The translations under genes and the position numbers were made by a program. This document shows positions 38,201 to 50,200 of a stretch of DNA of 64,000 nucleotides, one piece after another. Below the pieces are notes generated by a model. It made no database searches. It saw nothing but the letters and a program-made list of their open reading frames with translations, and was not told the DNA's origin. Source of the DNA: Amphiscolops sp. MND2022 (Eukaryota); assembly GCA_964187785.1 (NCBI GenBank), contig OZ076409.1, positions 64,358,001-64,422,000 of the forward strand, read 5' to 3'. The first letter of the stretch is position 1, and each line of letters opens with the position of its first letter.

Positions 38201-41200
38201 TTGATACTTATGATTTTGATAAAACTGAAACAATTGATGATATAATTGATATCCTTGCACTATATAGAACCGTATTAGTTGGTTGTTCAATTTGTGGTGA
38301 AATTTGTTTGTTTTTGAATAAATTAAAAGTATTAGGCTTGGGTAACCACCCTGAACAACAAATTGAAACAAAAACTAGTTCTTCGAATCAATACCGAACA
38401 GAATACTCCCCAGTGGAGGAAAAATGAGAAAAAAAACAAATCAAGATTTTCAAAATTTCTGTGTTATAATTCTTGATATGTTGGTGATTAACCAGAAATT
38501 ATTAGATCCATTTTTTACTGGAGGAAGACTTAATGATTTAGATGTTTTTTTATTACAAACGTATTTCGAAATACCTGAAAGAAACAACAAAAACATGGAA
38601 GTCTAATTCAACAAACAATGAAAGATGTAGAGCAAATAAATAGTGTTTTTGCAGGTCTTTATATGTCTTATGATGAGCTTAAAAGTTTGTGTAGAGATAC
38701 ATGGAAAAAACAACTAGAATAGAAGTTTTATTTAGTAAAAACTATTTGATAAAAACCAGGCTAGAAGATAAGAATAAAAGGAAATACTAAAAAAAGTAAT
38801 GATTCTAATGAATACTATATAAACTTCAACCCGCGAACGGATCCTTTTAGACTTGAAAAAATTCCATAAAAACGTCACCTTAAGATTTCATTATTTTCTT
38901 TTGAGTACATGATACTTTCACCTTTTATTTCTTCTTTTATTGCCTTTAACATTTTGTCTAAATTCACTCCTAGTTGTTCGAAACAGTACGAAAATAAATC
39001 TGGTAGTCTTCCCACCTTTGATTTAAATTGAAAACTTTCTTTGACTAATACATGAATTTGTTCTTTGAATTCCTTGGATAGATTATCCATTGTTTATCAA
39101 AATTTTTCAATTTCAAATTATCTTTTTTTATACGCTCCAACAGTTTTTAAAGCAGTTAAAAGCAAGTAAAGCAGTTAAAATTGATCCCTAAGCCCAACTG
39201 GATCTGATTTTGGGGATGTTGATACTATACTGCATGTCAACTACAATGGTAAAAAGTAAAACCACGTTTCGAATTTTTCTATCGATATGAGTATTAGTTA
39301 TAAAAGATGGAAGATCCGGATCACTTGGATTGTATGTGTTACCATTTTGAAAAGTCATTGTATAACCTTTTATTAGTACTTGTTGAGGATTAGTTAATTG
39401 TGTTAAGTTTCGTGATAAACTTTGTAAAATTGAGTTAATTGTTGTTAAATTTGAACTCCTTCCAACAGATTGTAAACTAAATTGACTTTTGTTTTTGTCA
39501 TCTAAAAGGCCGGAAACTGTTCCAACAAGTGAACTGACTACTTGGTAGAAGTAACAAGACTGGTGATGTGTTGATTATTTTGCGACTTTTAGCTTCACCA
39601 TACTCTTGTATTCCTTTTTAAATGATTTTTCCAAATAATCTTTCGAAGCGTTACTAGATTCGTCTATTGCTTTAGTCTGATTTTCTATTGCTTGTGTTGT
39701 AGTTTGAGAAGAATAACGTAGCGCTTGTTTTTGCGTTTCAGAAAGTTCTTGTTGTTCAATTTGGCTTCGATGCTTGTTTTAAGTAACGGGTTCAACAACT
39801 TCTTCCATATCATAATGCCTCCTTTTATATCTTACCTCCCAAGTTTTTCCTTCATTCTCTCGATGAAGATTTTGGTTCTTGGAAATTTTTCATTTACCCA
39901 AATCAACACGATTATGAATTGAGCACAATTAATAAGATTTAATTTTGACTTCAAAATTTGATTTTTTGAAATTCATGAAACTGTTTTATTTTGAATTGTT
40001 TACAGTTTCAAAGTTTGTATTTTACAGTTCCAGTATTTGCAGCAATTTTTAATGCTCTACCAGTATTGTTGAGTGCTTTCGTTCCAACATTCTTTGCAGC
40101 TTTTCTTAGATGTGTAGAAAAATCACCCAACATTTCTGCTTGTATAGGTTATTCTGAAACTAAAAGTGAATTTTTTTCTATTACTGGTTACAAAAATATC
40201 TAATAATTTGAGAGTTGCTCCAGTTTTTTCATTTTGAGTAAATTCTCCTTCAGTCCTGCTCGTGGCAGAATAGATTTTACAACCAAGACAAAATGAAAAG
40301 CCTTCAAATTTTTTGAAAATCTTTCATTTGAAAAAGTTCTTTTTTCTAAACTTTGCATAAAGGTTACGTTTTGATGACTTGTCTTGTGAATGTTAGAGAT
40401 ACATCGTTGAAATCTACTGGGTCATAGTTAGAGTCCTCGAGGAAAAATTGGATCTTGTTTAATCTTGTTTTGTTAATCTTTTCGTAAAAAAGAGTGGTCA
40501 GTTCCTGTACAATTATAAATCCTCGAGGAGCATCAAGAAACAAAACTAAACAGTATTCATTCTCTAATCGAGCCATCTACACAATCACACTTCAAATGAA
40601 CTTTGTCTGTCTACTAATGTAATCATATCTGATTTCTCTGATTTATGTTCATTCTGAGTCGTGTGTGTTTATAACTTCTAGGACCTTGTTTTGTTTTGAA
40701 TTAAACAGAATGGGGTTGGAGATTGCTAAAACAGTTTGACCTGATGCCGTCTCTGCTTCTACTTCAAATTCAAAACCAGAATTAGAACGTTTTTGTTTTC
40801 TAGTTCTGTTTGTATCAACTACTTCGTTTACTCCTATGTTAACTCTAATTCCAACAAAACTTTCCAAATTCAAAGGAAGGAATGTTATGGAAGATTGGTT
40901 TTGTTGTTGGTCTTTCTTAGTTGTTTATTGATTGAAAGCTTCAATTATTATCTTTAGTTGTTCAAGATCTTTCTAGCAAGTTTCTTTTTTAGGAATATTA
41001 TCAGCTGTTGATAAACTTGATTTTTCTACAATTTTTTCATTTTCTTTATCAATTTCTAAGGTATTGGTTTTTATACAAATATTCAACTTTCATTAATGAT
41101 TAACTATTCTTTGCAAGTTCAAACCGTTCCAAACGAAATATAGAGTTTCATCCTGTTGACGAATTTTTCGGAGACGTTATCCCTACAGCAAAAGTTTCTC

Positions 41201-44200
41201 ATTCAAACAAAAGTCTCGAAAACTGGACTTATACATAACTTTCAAATGAACAAAAATTGAGATTAAAGTTTCGAAATAAAATAGTTTCAAAGTTTTTGGT
41301 CCTATAACGCATGCGAAACTGAATGCTCTCCACATTTCTTTGAAAATTAACCTGATTGAATAAATTACGCGTGGTATTCATTTAAGCAGCAAATTTGTTG
41401 CATATTGCGTTAGAAACCACAACACAAAACGTTCTCAATCCCCGGCATTAGTCTGTATAAGAGCGAGCTGAGCAAACCCAGAGCAAAGTTGTTCATGATT
41501 CTTTTCCAAAGACTTTAAAGAGAAAAACAACATCGTTATTTGGCATGATGTTTTAAATTACCGCATTTCTCGATATGATAGCCACAGTATCCTTAGGTTA
41601 TCAGTAACAGAACCAATCGGAGTTTTAAAAACTCTTCGGGACAAACTAAACGCTCTGCTGTGTTGCCACGGTTATCGTACCCCGAACATTTTTGAACAGT
41701 CGAAAGTCTTGGAAACCGATCTTGATGTCAAAGTGTTCAACATTGTTAATGACTTCCTTTGGCTGAAAAAAAAACAAAAGAATACCGAACTTCCGTAAAA
41801 TTTCGAAGCATTACTCCAGAATCCTGAGCTTGAACTGAAAATTGTGAATTTCTTGCTCCGTAAGGAGTACGGTCTCTCTTCAATTGCCAAAAAAAGCCGT
41901 CCTGAGAGGCCCAATAAACGTGCTCGCAGCGCCACTTGGGAAGAAGCTGCGTCTTCCTAGTCTCAGTAAGCACACCTGTAGAAAAAGTGTTTGGACTTCA
42001 CTGTCTGGTTGAAGTCTCAACAGCCCTTCATTTGTTTCAGAGTTGTGCCCTGACTTAGTTGTCTGTAAGATACTCTGCAAACCTCCAAGTTCCTTTCATC
42101 TAATCGACTGTCAAGATAGTGTCCGGACTTCAATGACCAATTAAATTGGAGACAGTGCATTAAATGAGACTGAGTTTCCAACAAACAAGAAAGAGGGTCC
42201 ACAAGTATTTCCGAAATAGTACCTTTTAGGATTGAGTATCTTCTTCAGTTTTGTTTCTAGACTCAAGTTATCGGTTGTTGTTGTAGCGGTACCGAGACCC
42301 CTGTACACTTTTTTAGTTGACAATACACTGGCCAATACACCGTGCAAGATAAAGGTCAAAAGTAGTTCGACAGTCGCGCGAAAACCGACTTGAAGTATTA
42401 TCAAAAAGCTGTGACAGAAGCAGCTGCCAATGCTGATAGACGCATCCCTGTCGAACGGCTGGTTACTTGCTGCGTAGAGGCTAAGACTGAAGCTTTCGCT
42501 AAAAACGAACAGCTCCTCGAGCTTGCTTAGAAAACCAACAACCCGAAAACTGTCACAGCGACTTGGAAAAATGACTAAACGATACGACAGCACAAAACGA
42601 TGCGATTTTGAGAAGTTTAAGAGAAAATATCAGTGAATTTCCCAAAACGGATGAGTCAGGCTAAACTGCAACAGTGAAGACCAAGTCGAACAAAAATTCA
42701 GGTTGCAAAATGTCATAAACTCTGGCCAGAGACAACAAGATTTGCTTTTTGACGAGCACAGGCGGGAACAAGTTAAAAGGTAAAACGAAGCTGCGTTGCG
42801 GTTTGCTAAGCAAAAACAAAAACTCGAACTTGAGCAACTGCATGAAGAGAACTGCAAACGACTCACAGGAGCGCATCTAGTTAAACTTGAACTTCCAGGT
42901 AACTTTTCAGAAACCAATGAAGACGATTCCAGCGATTGGCTCAAAGGTAGGGTAGCAAAGCATGAGCGCTTCAAGACTAAAACTATCTCCGAAGTTTTTG
43001 GTTCGACAGCCTTGTCTAGCCAACAAAAATCGAATGCCAAGTGTAAAGTTGAACAAATGTCAAACTGTGCCGCCTGCAAAGTCAAACATCCGTTGTTGAG
43101 ATGTCCAGTTTTAACGAAAAAACACACACACAGATTGTGGCTGACAGCAAACTTTGTTGTTTATGCTTTCAATGCAATGAATCGTTCCGACAGTATCCAC
43201 AGCTCGCAAGTGAACAAAGGATGCAAGCGGAAGCTCACACAAGATTTTCTGCACGGAGCCGAGCGGATTGTTACAAATTTGACTGTCAGTTGCTGTGAAT
43301 GGATTGTCATAGATTTAAGTTATACCGTTAAAGGTCAATTGATCATACTTGACAGCTAAGTACCTATCAACATTTATGCTAGTTCTAAATGCTTGTACAT
43401 CTTAACAATACACTCAGATACATTGAAAATGAACTTCGATAAACAATACATTATTACAAGGTATCTATTCTCTTTGTTAACCTTACAACAATATAGAACA
43501 TTGCGGAGTAAGATGGAGAACAGCAAAAAAATTTTGAGAGCACAAGCTCCACAAATGGAGAAACCTCGGAACGAGGAGCCACAAAAAAACGAAAAAACAC
43601 ATGAAAAGATTACTCTACCCACCTTTGAGAAAGAGGCCAAGAGGCCAAACTGTGGTGGCTCAGATTCACACAGTACATAAAGATGACACAAAATACTGAT
43701 CTGAACATACTGACCACCGACAGAGAAATACTGCGGTAAAGAGAAATACCATATCGAGCAGAACTCGAAGAACGGATTAAAGACTTGTTCTTATGAGCAC
43801 CGATTGAATCTGCCTTACTGGCAATTTTCAGATTTCGTTTTATCCCAGAACGTAACAAGTTTCACAGTCGAGCCGATTCTTTTGGAATCTCAAGAGAGAA
43901 AAGTGGAACAGCAGAAGTCTGGACACAAATCTACAAGTAGAGAAGAGTAACCCCCGCAGAACTAATCGCCTCAAATCTTTTATCTCTGATCAGAAGATCA
44001 ACGGGCGATTGTGAATTGACGAAGAAAATACGGAAATACGACATGACCATCGAGACAATTACGGACCTGATACACGAGTGTATGAACGATTGACTCAATG
44101 AGTCAAACAATTCTAACGATTGTAGAAAGATACAAAACACATTCACGAACGACAATACAAACGAAAATGGTCTTCTAATAAATCCAGTTACGAAAGACCC

Positions 44201-47200
44201 AGGAAACACCGTCCATTCAGAAACCAAAATACAAAGATAACCGATGCGGACAATGCAAAGATTGAATTTATTGGTCAGACAAAAGCAATGTTTAAAACAA
44301 ATTAAGAAACACTGAAATTACCAATGCTAATAACCAGAAAGACAACAACACCGTTAATGGGACTAGATTGGATGAAAACGGCTGGGAATACACTTGAAAA
44401 CCAACAACAGCGAAATACAAATACACAACATACAAGCGGGCGGTATTAAAGAAAAAATCGCCGAACTGAAGAACGAATTCAAGGATTTATTCTACAACAA
44501 CAACGAAATGAAAGACCTATCGGTGAAAATCATTCTAAAAGAAGGAGCACAAGTTATCCAACAAAAAAGAAGACCAATACTGATATATCCACATGACCAA
44601 ATAGCAAGGGAACTGAAACGACTGATAGAAAACGGATACCTACAAAAAGCAACCGAAGTTTCTGAAGATTGTTTTGTAAGCCCGGCAGTAATTACAGTGA
44701 AAAAAGACAAATCAATAAAAATTGCATTAGACTCAAGAAACTTAAATGAAGTGACCATAAAAAGAAAAGCACAAATGCCGAACATGGAGGAACTAATTTA
44801 AAGAATATCGAGAAAAAGCTCTTAATGAGACGAATGAGAAATTTTGGCAACAATTTTAGACTTTGATTATGCGTACGAGCAGATAAACTTAGACGAGGAA
44901 ACGAGAAACCTATGCGATTTCACAGCTTCAGGAGGAGAATTCACAGGTTACTACCGGTTCTTGAAAGGATTCTACGGACTGGCAGATATCCCAACAATTT
45001 TTCAAGAACGAATGGACAAAACCCTGTAATACAAACACCCTGCATGGCTCGACGACATAATATTTCTAACGAAAGGGGACTTTAAGAAACACAAAACGGA
45101 AGTTCGAAAAACGATGAAAAAACTGGGAAAAGCAGAATATAGGCCAAATCCAAAGAAAGGGGAATTCTTCAAGAAAGAAATCGAATGGTTTGGACACAAA
45201 ATCGACCAACACGGATTACGGCCATTACAAGGCAAACTGAAAGCAATGACAAAATTAGATACACCAAAAAACGAAAAAAAACTAAGTTTATTTCTTGGGC
45301 AATACAATACCTTTCTAAATATATAAAGAACATATCAGCGAACACCAATTATCTGAGAAAAGTACAGCAGAATAACAACGAATGGAACCGGAAGGTTACA
45401 GAAGAACATACGAATGCATTCAACAAACTAAAAGAAAACATCACAATTATCCCATGTTTAGCACACTGCAATGCACAATTTGAAAATATACTAACAACGG
45501 TTGCCAGTACAAAAGGATTGGGAGCAACACTGTGACAAAGACAGAAGGATGGAAATTAAAAGTCGGTCGGATATGCAAGTAGATATTTATCGGACACTGA
45601 GAAGAAATACGCAATAAACGAACTGGAATTACTTGCTGTAGTATGGGGACTGGAACATTCCAGACTACACATATACGGAAGACAAATTGAACTATTAGCG
45701 GACCACCAAGCACTAGAACCATTAATAAAGAAAAACAGGTCAAATAAAAACTATAGTGCAAGACTAACGAGATGGCTAGACAGATTGGCACATTTTGATA
45801 TAAAATTAAAACACAATGGAGGTAAGCACCTGGGACTGATTGACTATCTGAGTAGAAATCAAGTGACAAAACCCTAACCAATCGAAAACTACGACAAAGA
45901 GTATGTAATCAATTGCATAATACCGCTGATGAAGTTCATTAACAGTCACGGCAGCAACGACAAATTAAGAAAAAAAAAAGAAGTTTAGAACGGGCAATTC
46001 AGAGAGGCGTGAACAAAAATACAACTAATCACAGGCGAGCTACCAAAACAAACCAAAGCCAAGTGAGAACAAAACGAACGATCGCAGTTTGCTATTATCG
46101 TATTTGCAACAACCGGTCTTACACGTTAACGTTCACAACCAAAAGAAGACAACGAAACAGTTACCAAAATGGACATCAAGAAACTCGAAAAATTAGAAAA
46201 ACTAGATCCAACAGCAGGAACTTCAGCATTGAAAAATCGATGGAAAAAAACTAGTAAATCTGAACGACTACAGGATGACAAATGGAGTATGCAAGAATTA
46301 TAATCTAAGTATGCAAGCTAATTTGGAAAAGAATGGAACAACAGAGCCAAGAAAACCCAGAGGAAAGAACAAGAAGTGAAGAACTATTTAAAGTGTTCAA
46401 AAAAATCAGAAATACATAAACGAACCATAACAACGAACAAGGAACAAACGGAGAAACACAAAAAGAAGAAACCGATCAACTGAGTGAAGAATTATGTCAT
46501 TCCATTCGAACGATTCAAAAGACGTACCAGCCATTAACTTCAAGAAATACCTCGGCGCCACCGGAGTACGATATATTCAGGTGGGACAGGCAAGTCATGT
46601 CCAAAACAATAACGAATGGACCTTGGAGGTAACAGTACGTCACGCAGAACAGAAGTTCGCAACAGGTATAACAACAATCAGTAACGGAAACCACCAATGA
46701 CGACAAACTTCTGAAACTCTGGTCAGCCGGGAACGGGAAACTTTTAACAAGATACCAGAAGAACACAAGCAGTACACAAAATATCTATCCACAAAATTCG
46801 GGGTTATGTTCTATGATGATAAAATCATAAAACCAAAAAATCTTCGAAACACCGTCATCACACTTTTGCTTAAAGGCCACCCATCAGTTAACAAGATGAC
46901 ACATACCGCAAGGTTATTTTGTTGACCGAAAGTAACCAAAGACATACAACAGATGTGCGAAGAATGTGTGCCATGCAAGATGACAGGTAAGAGTATTAAA
47001 CCACATCTACCTATGTCAGAAATACATTACCTACCACCGGCCGGAAAAAAACCAAGAACTCCAACTGGATTTCAACGGACCGACAAGATAAAAACAAATA
47101 CGATTTTTTATACTAGATTCGATAGACCGATACAACAGATGGCCAGCCGCATGCATCTGCGAGGCACCAACAAGAAAAACCTCAAAAAGCCTTCAGAACA

Positions 47201-50200
47201 ATATATTACACTCAATGGCATACCTCAAACAATCAGAACAGATAACGACACGGCCTTTACTGGGAAAGAATTCAGAGAATTCTGAAAAAGCTTGAACATC
47301 AAATTAATATACGGGACACCGTATATCCATACACTGACGGGTCTGGTTGATAAGGGAATTAAAACACTCAAAGATTATATGGAAAACAATTTCTGGCGGA
47401 TGCACTTTGAACGAAGCACTAAGCCGATCCTTGAATGAATGAGAACAACGGTCCATTCAAGTAATAAAGAAACACAATTTGAAAGACACTACGACAGAAA
47501 GCCAAGAGCGGAAAAAAATTACCTAAATGCATCACCGAATCATAAAACCAAAGTTGTTTCAGCCAAACCAGATACATTGCAAGTTTATTCGTTCTCCAAC
47601 AACGAGGGACACCAGGACCACTTGGTACTGAAAGCCCCAAGAAAATTGGAAGAATACATTAGTAACAAATTTCCGTGACTGTTTCTAGCAAAGAAAGTAA
47701 AAAAAAATTCGAAAGTGATTACGAAACCAAACCACAATTAGCTGTAGCGGGAACGAAACATACAATACCGAAAACGTGTGAGTAAACAGCTAACACATAC
47801 AGTTCAGAACCCATTCTCCAGACGAGGCGAAATTCCAAAGTGACTGGACGGCAGATTCGCGCAGATGAGAATCGACCAGTTAGACCAATCAGAAGAAATC
47901 GAACCGCCGGCAAGAGAAACTACACCAGTCTTAGAGGAAGGCATGCTGGAAACAGTACTCAACGAGGCGCCCACGGAAACAAGCCCGGTCTACAGAAGGG
48001 GGAATAAGAAGCTGATCAGAGATAGATCAGTACAATAACAATCACTAGGCCAAAGCAACCTACGCATGCACCTGGACAACATGACGGAAGAACAACTAGA
48101 AGAGGCACGTGAGACAGCAGAGGAAAACCCGGACACAATAACAGTGGTAGATAGAAACGGTAATACTGATGCAACAAAAATCGAACAAATAGAAAACATG
48201 AACACAAATTACAAAAACGAACCAGCAATACGAAAATGAACTAGAAAAAAAAACAGCAAAGCCTATATTGCGTAATTGTAACCCAATATCACATTGATTA
48301 TTATAGGGAACAGAGTAAACAAGTTGAACAGCTAGAAAGATCAGTCAAATGAATACCTCCTGATGAACGGAAAAGAAGAACACTGTTGGCGAAACTGACC
48401 AGCAAATAAGAAGCAAGAGGCAAGAAGCCGATGAAAGAGGAACTTAAATCACCAGCAACATTTGAGTTATTATTACCATTACTTGTGATATGTAAACTAG
48501 TAAATCAGTCATGTAAATTATTTATATTCTTATCACCCACATACGGGGGGGGGGGAATGTGACATGATGTCATAGATTTAGGTTAGACCGTTAAAGGTCA
48601 ATTGATAATACTTGACAGCCAAGTACCTGTCAACATTTATGTTAGTTCTAAATGCTTTTACATCTTCTATCTAAAAATACACTCAGTTACATTGAAGTTG
48701 AGCTACGATAAACTATACCCTATTACAAGCTATCTATTCTCTTCGTTAACCTTAGAACAATATAGAACAGTAGCAACAGAGGGAAACCCGAAATATCTGG
48801 TTCTATTTGCACACCGAGGAACAGCGAGAAAACAGAAGGAAGCTCAGGCATGCCTTCCGTCACAGACATTAGGCGATTTCTCCAAGTTTCGGAAGTCGAA
48901 CTTCAAGTACACGGTAAGTCGGAAAAGGTTCTAGCGGTATGTGATTCTGCCTGTAACCAATCCTGGATCGCCGCGAGTCACGCCAAAAGGTCGAACGTTA
49001 AAGGTAAACCAACACAACAAACCATTCCGGAATTAATTCTAACCAAGTAGCTAACACACAAATGATAGAGCTTAAGTTGACACCCGTTCCTTCGGGTGGC
49101 TCTTGCTCGCCCATTGCTGTAAAATCGTACGTCAGGGAAGACTTTATTGTTGGAACTGACTTCATGGACGTCGATATGATGAAAACAAAGTACACACACC
49201 TCAAAACAAATCTTTTGAAAAAGCGGTTACGTCGATGTTGAAATGATGCTTTGTCAGGATGTGAATCACTCGATCCGCCCGTTCGAGTATTTTGATTCTG
49301 ACCGCAAAAAAGGCTCCAATTGCCGTCCGTTTACCATTAGGCTGATTTTTGAGTGGTCCACTGCAGTCGACCTCTGGTTTTTATTCAACTTGTTTGAAAG
49401 CTGTTAGTTGTGACAAAGAAATGAATACTGAATTTGTTGACCGACTACCCAGCTGGTATGATATGGAATCGTACGGAATGTATGAACAAGTAGATTTGCG
49501 TTCATCAGCCGATGCGAGGGCGTAGCAAATACTTGAAGAAACAACGTGCCCCGATGGTACCCGGGACCAAGTGGGAAAGTTATGGTCAGACGACAGAAGT
49601 AGTTTGCCTGTTAACTATTTGTTTGCCCTCGTACTGCTGAAATCGTTACTGTGACGTTTCAAGGAAGACCCCGAGTTGAAAAAACACTACGAAAAAACAC
49701 TCCAAGACGACTTGGATAAAGCGTATTCTGACAAAATCAACAACGAAGACTTCTTCAGAATGGACAACCCCCGAGAGTGGTAACTATTGCACCACCCCGT
49801 TGTCCACCCACATAAACCTGGAACAGTCCACAGAAATTTATCCCTGTCGATGGAGAAGTGACATTTCTGCAAATTGAATTTATTTCACGCAATCGATCGT
49901 CCTTCGTTTCATGTGGAGAGGAGATCCAGCTTCTCAAATAGCTGTCCACGATTTTGCACAACATATGTTTGGCTCCAAAGACTTGTTTGAGTGCGCCAAC
50001 TACGCTGACACTTCTACATTGGTGACTACTTGGAGTCAAGACCTTCGGTGGAAGAAGCCAGCAGCAAAGCAAACGATTTAGTAAAACTATATGCAAGAGG
50101 TGGATTCAAGTTAACCAAGGTCGTTTCGGAAGTAAACCAGCTCAAACCAGAATTGACATCGAATCGAGAAAAAGCAATACCGAGTGCTGACGAAAATTCC

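Larger units (their letters stand above)
30530..41100. mobile_element. Decayed Polinton/Maverick-like (adintovirus-like) endogenous element
   Basis: Clustered remnants of protein-primed PolB, rve integrase, A32-type ATPase and a penton-like C-terminus in very AT-rich, intronless sequence; boundaries approximate, no TIRs recognised. Confidence 0.8.
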
